Shown here: positions 25,769 through 27,247 of the stretch, one piece after another
Layout of the letters: each line of letters starts with the position of its first letter
How positions within the stretch are numbered: the stretch's first letter is position 1
Origin: Candidatus Velthaea sp.
Lineage (GTDB): Bacteria > Vulcanimicrobiota > Vulcanimicrobiia > Vulcanimicrobiales > Vulcanimicrobiaceae
Length of the DNA stretch: 27,247 bases
Direction: 5' to 3'
Assembly (NCBI GenBank): GCA_050012475.1
Contig: JBEKHC010000070.1
Span: 1-27,247, forward strand
Made by a program: the position numbers and the translations under genes
The notes under the pieces: model-generated
The model's database searches: none
Told to the model about the DNA's origin: nothing
What the model saw: only the letters and a program-made list of their open reading frames with translations

Positions 25769-26140
25769 ATGAAAGTAACGGCCGTCGCCTACACGGCATA
25801 TCCCGGCGATAACATTCCGAAGTTGCTGACGTTTTATAAAGACGCGCTGGGCTTACGGGTCGACCGCGCCCATCCTGACGAGGCAAACGCGCAGTTCGTC
25901 GAGTTCGCGATCGGCAGCGATCAGTGGTTCACGCTCATGCCCGAGAGCTTCGCCGGACGGCCGGCAGGCAGCGGCAGCGGCGTGGTCTTCGAAGTCGATG
26001 ACATCGACGCGGCGCTCGCCCAGGTCGGCAAACTCGCCAAAAGCGCCGACGAAAAACCAACCGACTTTCCAAACTGCCGCACCGCCTCTTTCGAAGATCC
26101 CGAAGGCAACAAAGTCGGCTTGCACCAGTTCAAAACGTGA
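25769..26140 (+). CDS. VOC/glyoxalase family protein
   Basis: GGAGGTG Shine-Dalgarno. Motifs FYKDALGL, VVFEVDDID and FEDPEGNKVGLHQ. Confidence 0.88.
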   Translation: MKVTAVAYTAYPGDNIPKLLTFYKDALGLRVDRAHPDEANAQFVEFAIGSDQWFTLMPESFAGRPAGSGSGVVFEVDDIDAALAQVGKLAKSADEKPTDFPNCRTASFEDPEGNKVGLHQFKT

Positions 26141-27092
26141 AGACCAGCCGGCGCGAGCCGGTGTCGGCGTTCCAAGCTGCTTCAACGGTTTCCAACGGCC
26201 GCGACTCGACGTCGATCTGAAGTTTCGCCGGCCCGACGGCCTGCAAAACGTCTTTGATGATGTCGACGAGCGCGACCGACGAGACGCTGCCGATGCCGCT
26301 GCCCAGTAGTTCCAAGCCCGAACTGCGCAACGTGCCGCCGGCAAGCGTCAGCGTCGGTGCCGAGCTGGCGCCGATTTGAACGAACCGGATGCGCGGTGCG
26401 TCGCGGCCGGATCCGTCCCCGGCGACGGCCGCCATCAAGGCTTCGGCCGACGCGCCCCACAAATAATCGAGGATCACGTCGATCTTCTGCGCGCGCAGCG
26501 TGCGCCGAAACGTTTCGATCAAGTTGGGACCGGGTTCGGCGAGCGAGATCACGGCATCGGCGCCCAACCCCGGGAGCATCTCGAGCGTCTGCGCATTGCG
26601 TCCAGTCGCGATCACCGTGCGGGCGCCCAGATGCTTTGCGATTTGCACGGCGAGCCGGCCGGAAACGCCCGTCGCACCGTTGACGAGCACCGCTTCACCG
26701 CGGACGAATTTAGCCCGCGCCGTGAGCGCCGCCCATGACGACATGCCGGGGTTTGCCATCGCGGCGGCCGTGACGTCGTCGACATCGTCCGGCACGGGAG
26801 CGCACAGCTCGGGGCGCACCGGAACCGTCTGCGCGAGCGACCCGAACGGCGCGCGCGGAAAGGCGAAATACGTTCGGCGGCCGTCGGCGAGCCGGCCGAC
26901 GCCGTCGACGCCAGCAACGAACGGGAAGATCGCTTTACTGCTGTAGTGCCGCCCGGCCACTTGGCTCTTGACCAGATTGCTCAGCGCCGAAGCCGCCATC
27001 TGCACGAGCACCTCGCCCTCGCCGGCGACGGGATCTTCGAAGCTCGCAAACGACGGCGGGTGCTCGAATGAATTCACGACCGCAGCTTTCAA
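26130..27092 (-). CDS. MDR-family NAD(P)-dependent oxidoreductase (quinone reductase-like)
   Basis: TTG start with GAGGAGA Shine-Dalgarno. Motifs PFVAGVDGVG, VLVNGATGVSGRLAVQIAKHLGA and DVILDYLWG. No zinc-binding Cys cluster. Confidence 0.9.
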   Translation of the reverse strand: MKAAVVNSFEHPPSFASFEDPVAGEGEVLVQMAASALSNLVKSQVAGRHYSSKAIFPFVAGVDGVGRLADGRRTYFAFPRAPFGSLAQTVPVRPELCAPVPDDVDDVTAAAMANPGMSSWAALTARAKFVRGEAVLVNGATGVSGRLAVQIAKHLGARTVIATGRNAQTLEMLPGLGADAVISLAEPGPNLIETFRRTLRAQKIDVILDYLWGASAEALMAAVAGDGSGRDAPRIRFVQIGASSAPTLTLAGGTLRSSGLELLGSGIGSVSSVALVDIIKDVLQAVGPAKLQIDVESRPLETVEAAWNADTGSRRLVFTF

Positions 27093-27247
27093 GCAATCTC
27101 CTCACAACCGGCGAACCGTGCCCAAACGACGGTACTCGCTTGGACTGAACGCGCTTCGCGCCTGCCAAAGCACGCCCGAATGAGCGCGCCTCACACCGCC
27201 GCCGTCTTGCGCGAGCCGGGACCGATTGCCGCCGATCGCCTGACGCT

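Noticed and set aside
27191..27247. Possible 3' end of a minus-strand gene at the window edge
   Set aside because: Only 18 codons are visible, which is not enough to support a call.
1..27247. CRISPR arrays, tRNA/rRNA, transposases, integrases, known defence genes
   Set aside because: I saw no spaced direct repeats, cloverleafs or relevant protein motifs on manual reading.

Overview
GC-rich bacterial chromosomal window. The gene style suggests a diderm soil bacterium, possibly Eremiobacterota/Vulcanimicrobiota, but that is a low-confidence inference. Left to right it holds: (1) a translationally coupled four-gene surface-glycan operon (GT-C-like membrane protein, signal-peptide beta-barrel-like protein, MshEN-like/GT2 processive synthase, short TPR-like protein); (2) an internally deleted methylmalonyl-CoA mutase, an intact methylmalonyl-CoA epimerase and a secreted hypothetical protein; (3) a DUF4127 gene, a decayed PAS paralog fragment, a PAS-PAS-GGDEF diguanylate cyclase and a GNAT; (4) a minus-strand peptidoglycan-recycling operon (small exported protein, nagZ, AmiE-like serine hydrolase, anmK, BadF-type sugar kinase, murQ); (5) a tandem retropepsin-like protease, two paralogous fatty-acid desaturases flanking three small genes, a single-cysteine Tpx, a small Cys/His protein, a CHASE3-PP2C phosphatase, DUF3175, a VOC protein and an MDR oxidoreductase. 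I saw no rRNA, tRNA, CRISPR array or transposase. The best candidates for undescribed biology are the Nfr-like glycan operon, the possible link of DUF4127 to peptidoglycan recycling, and a small ubiquitin-like tandem-repeat protein followed by a four-hairpin RNA. All family calls come from motif recognition by eye, with no database searches.
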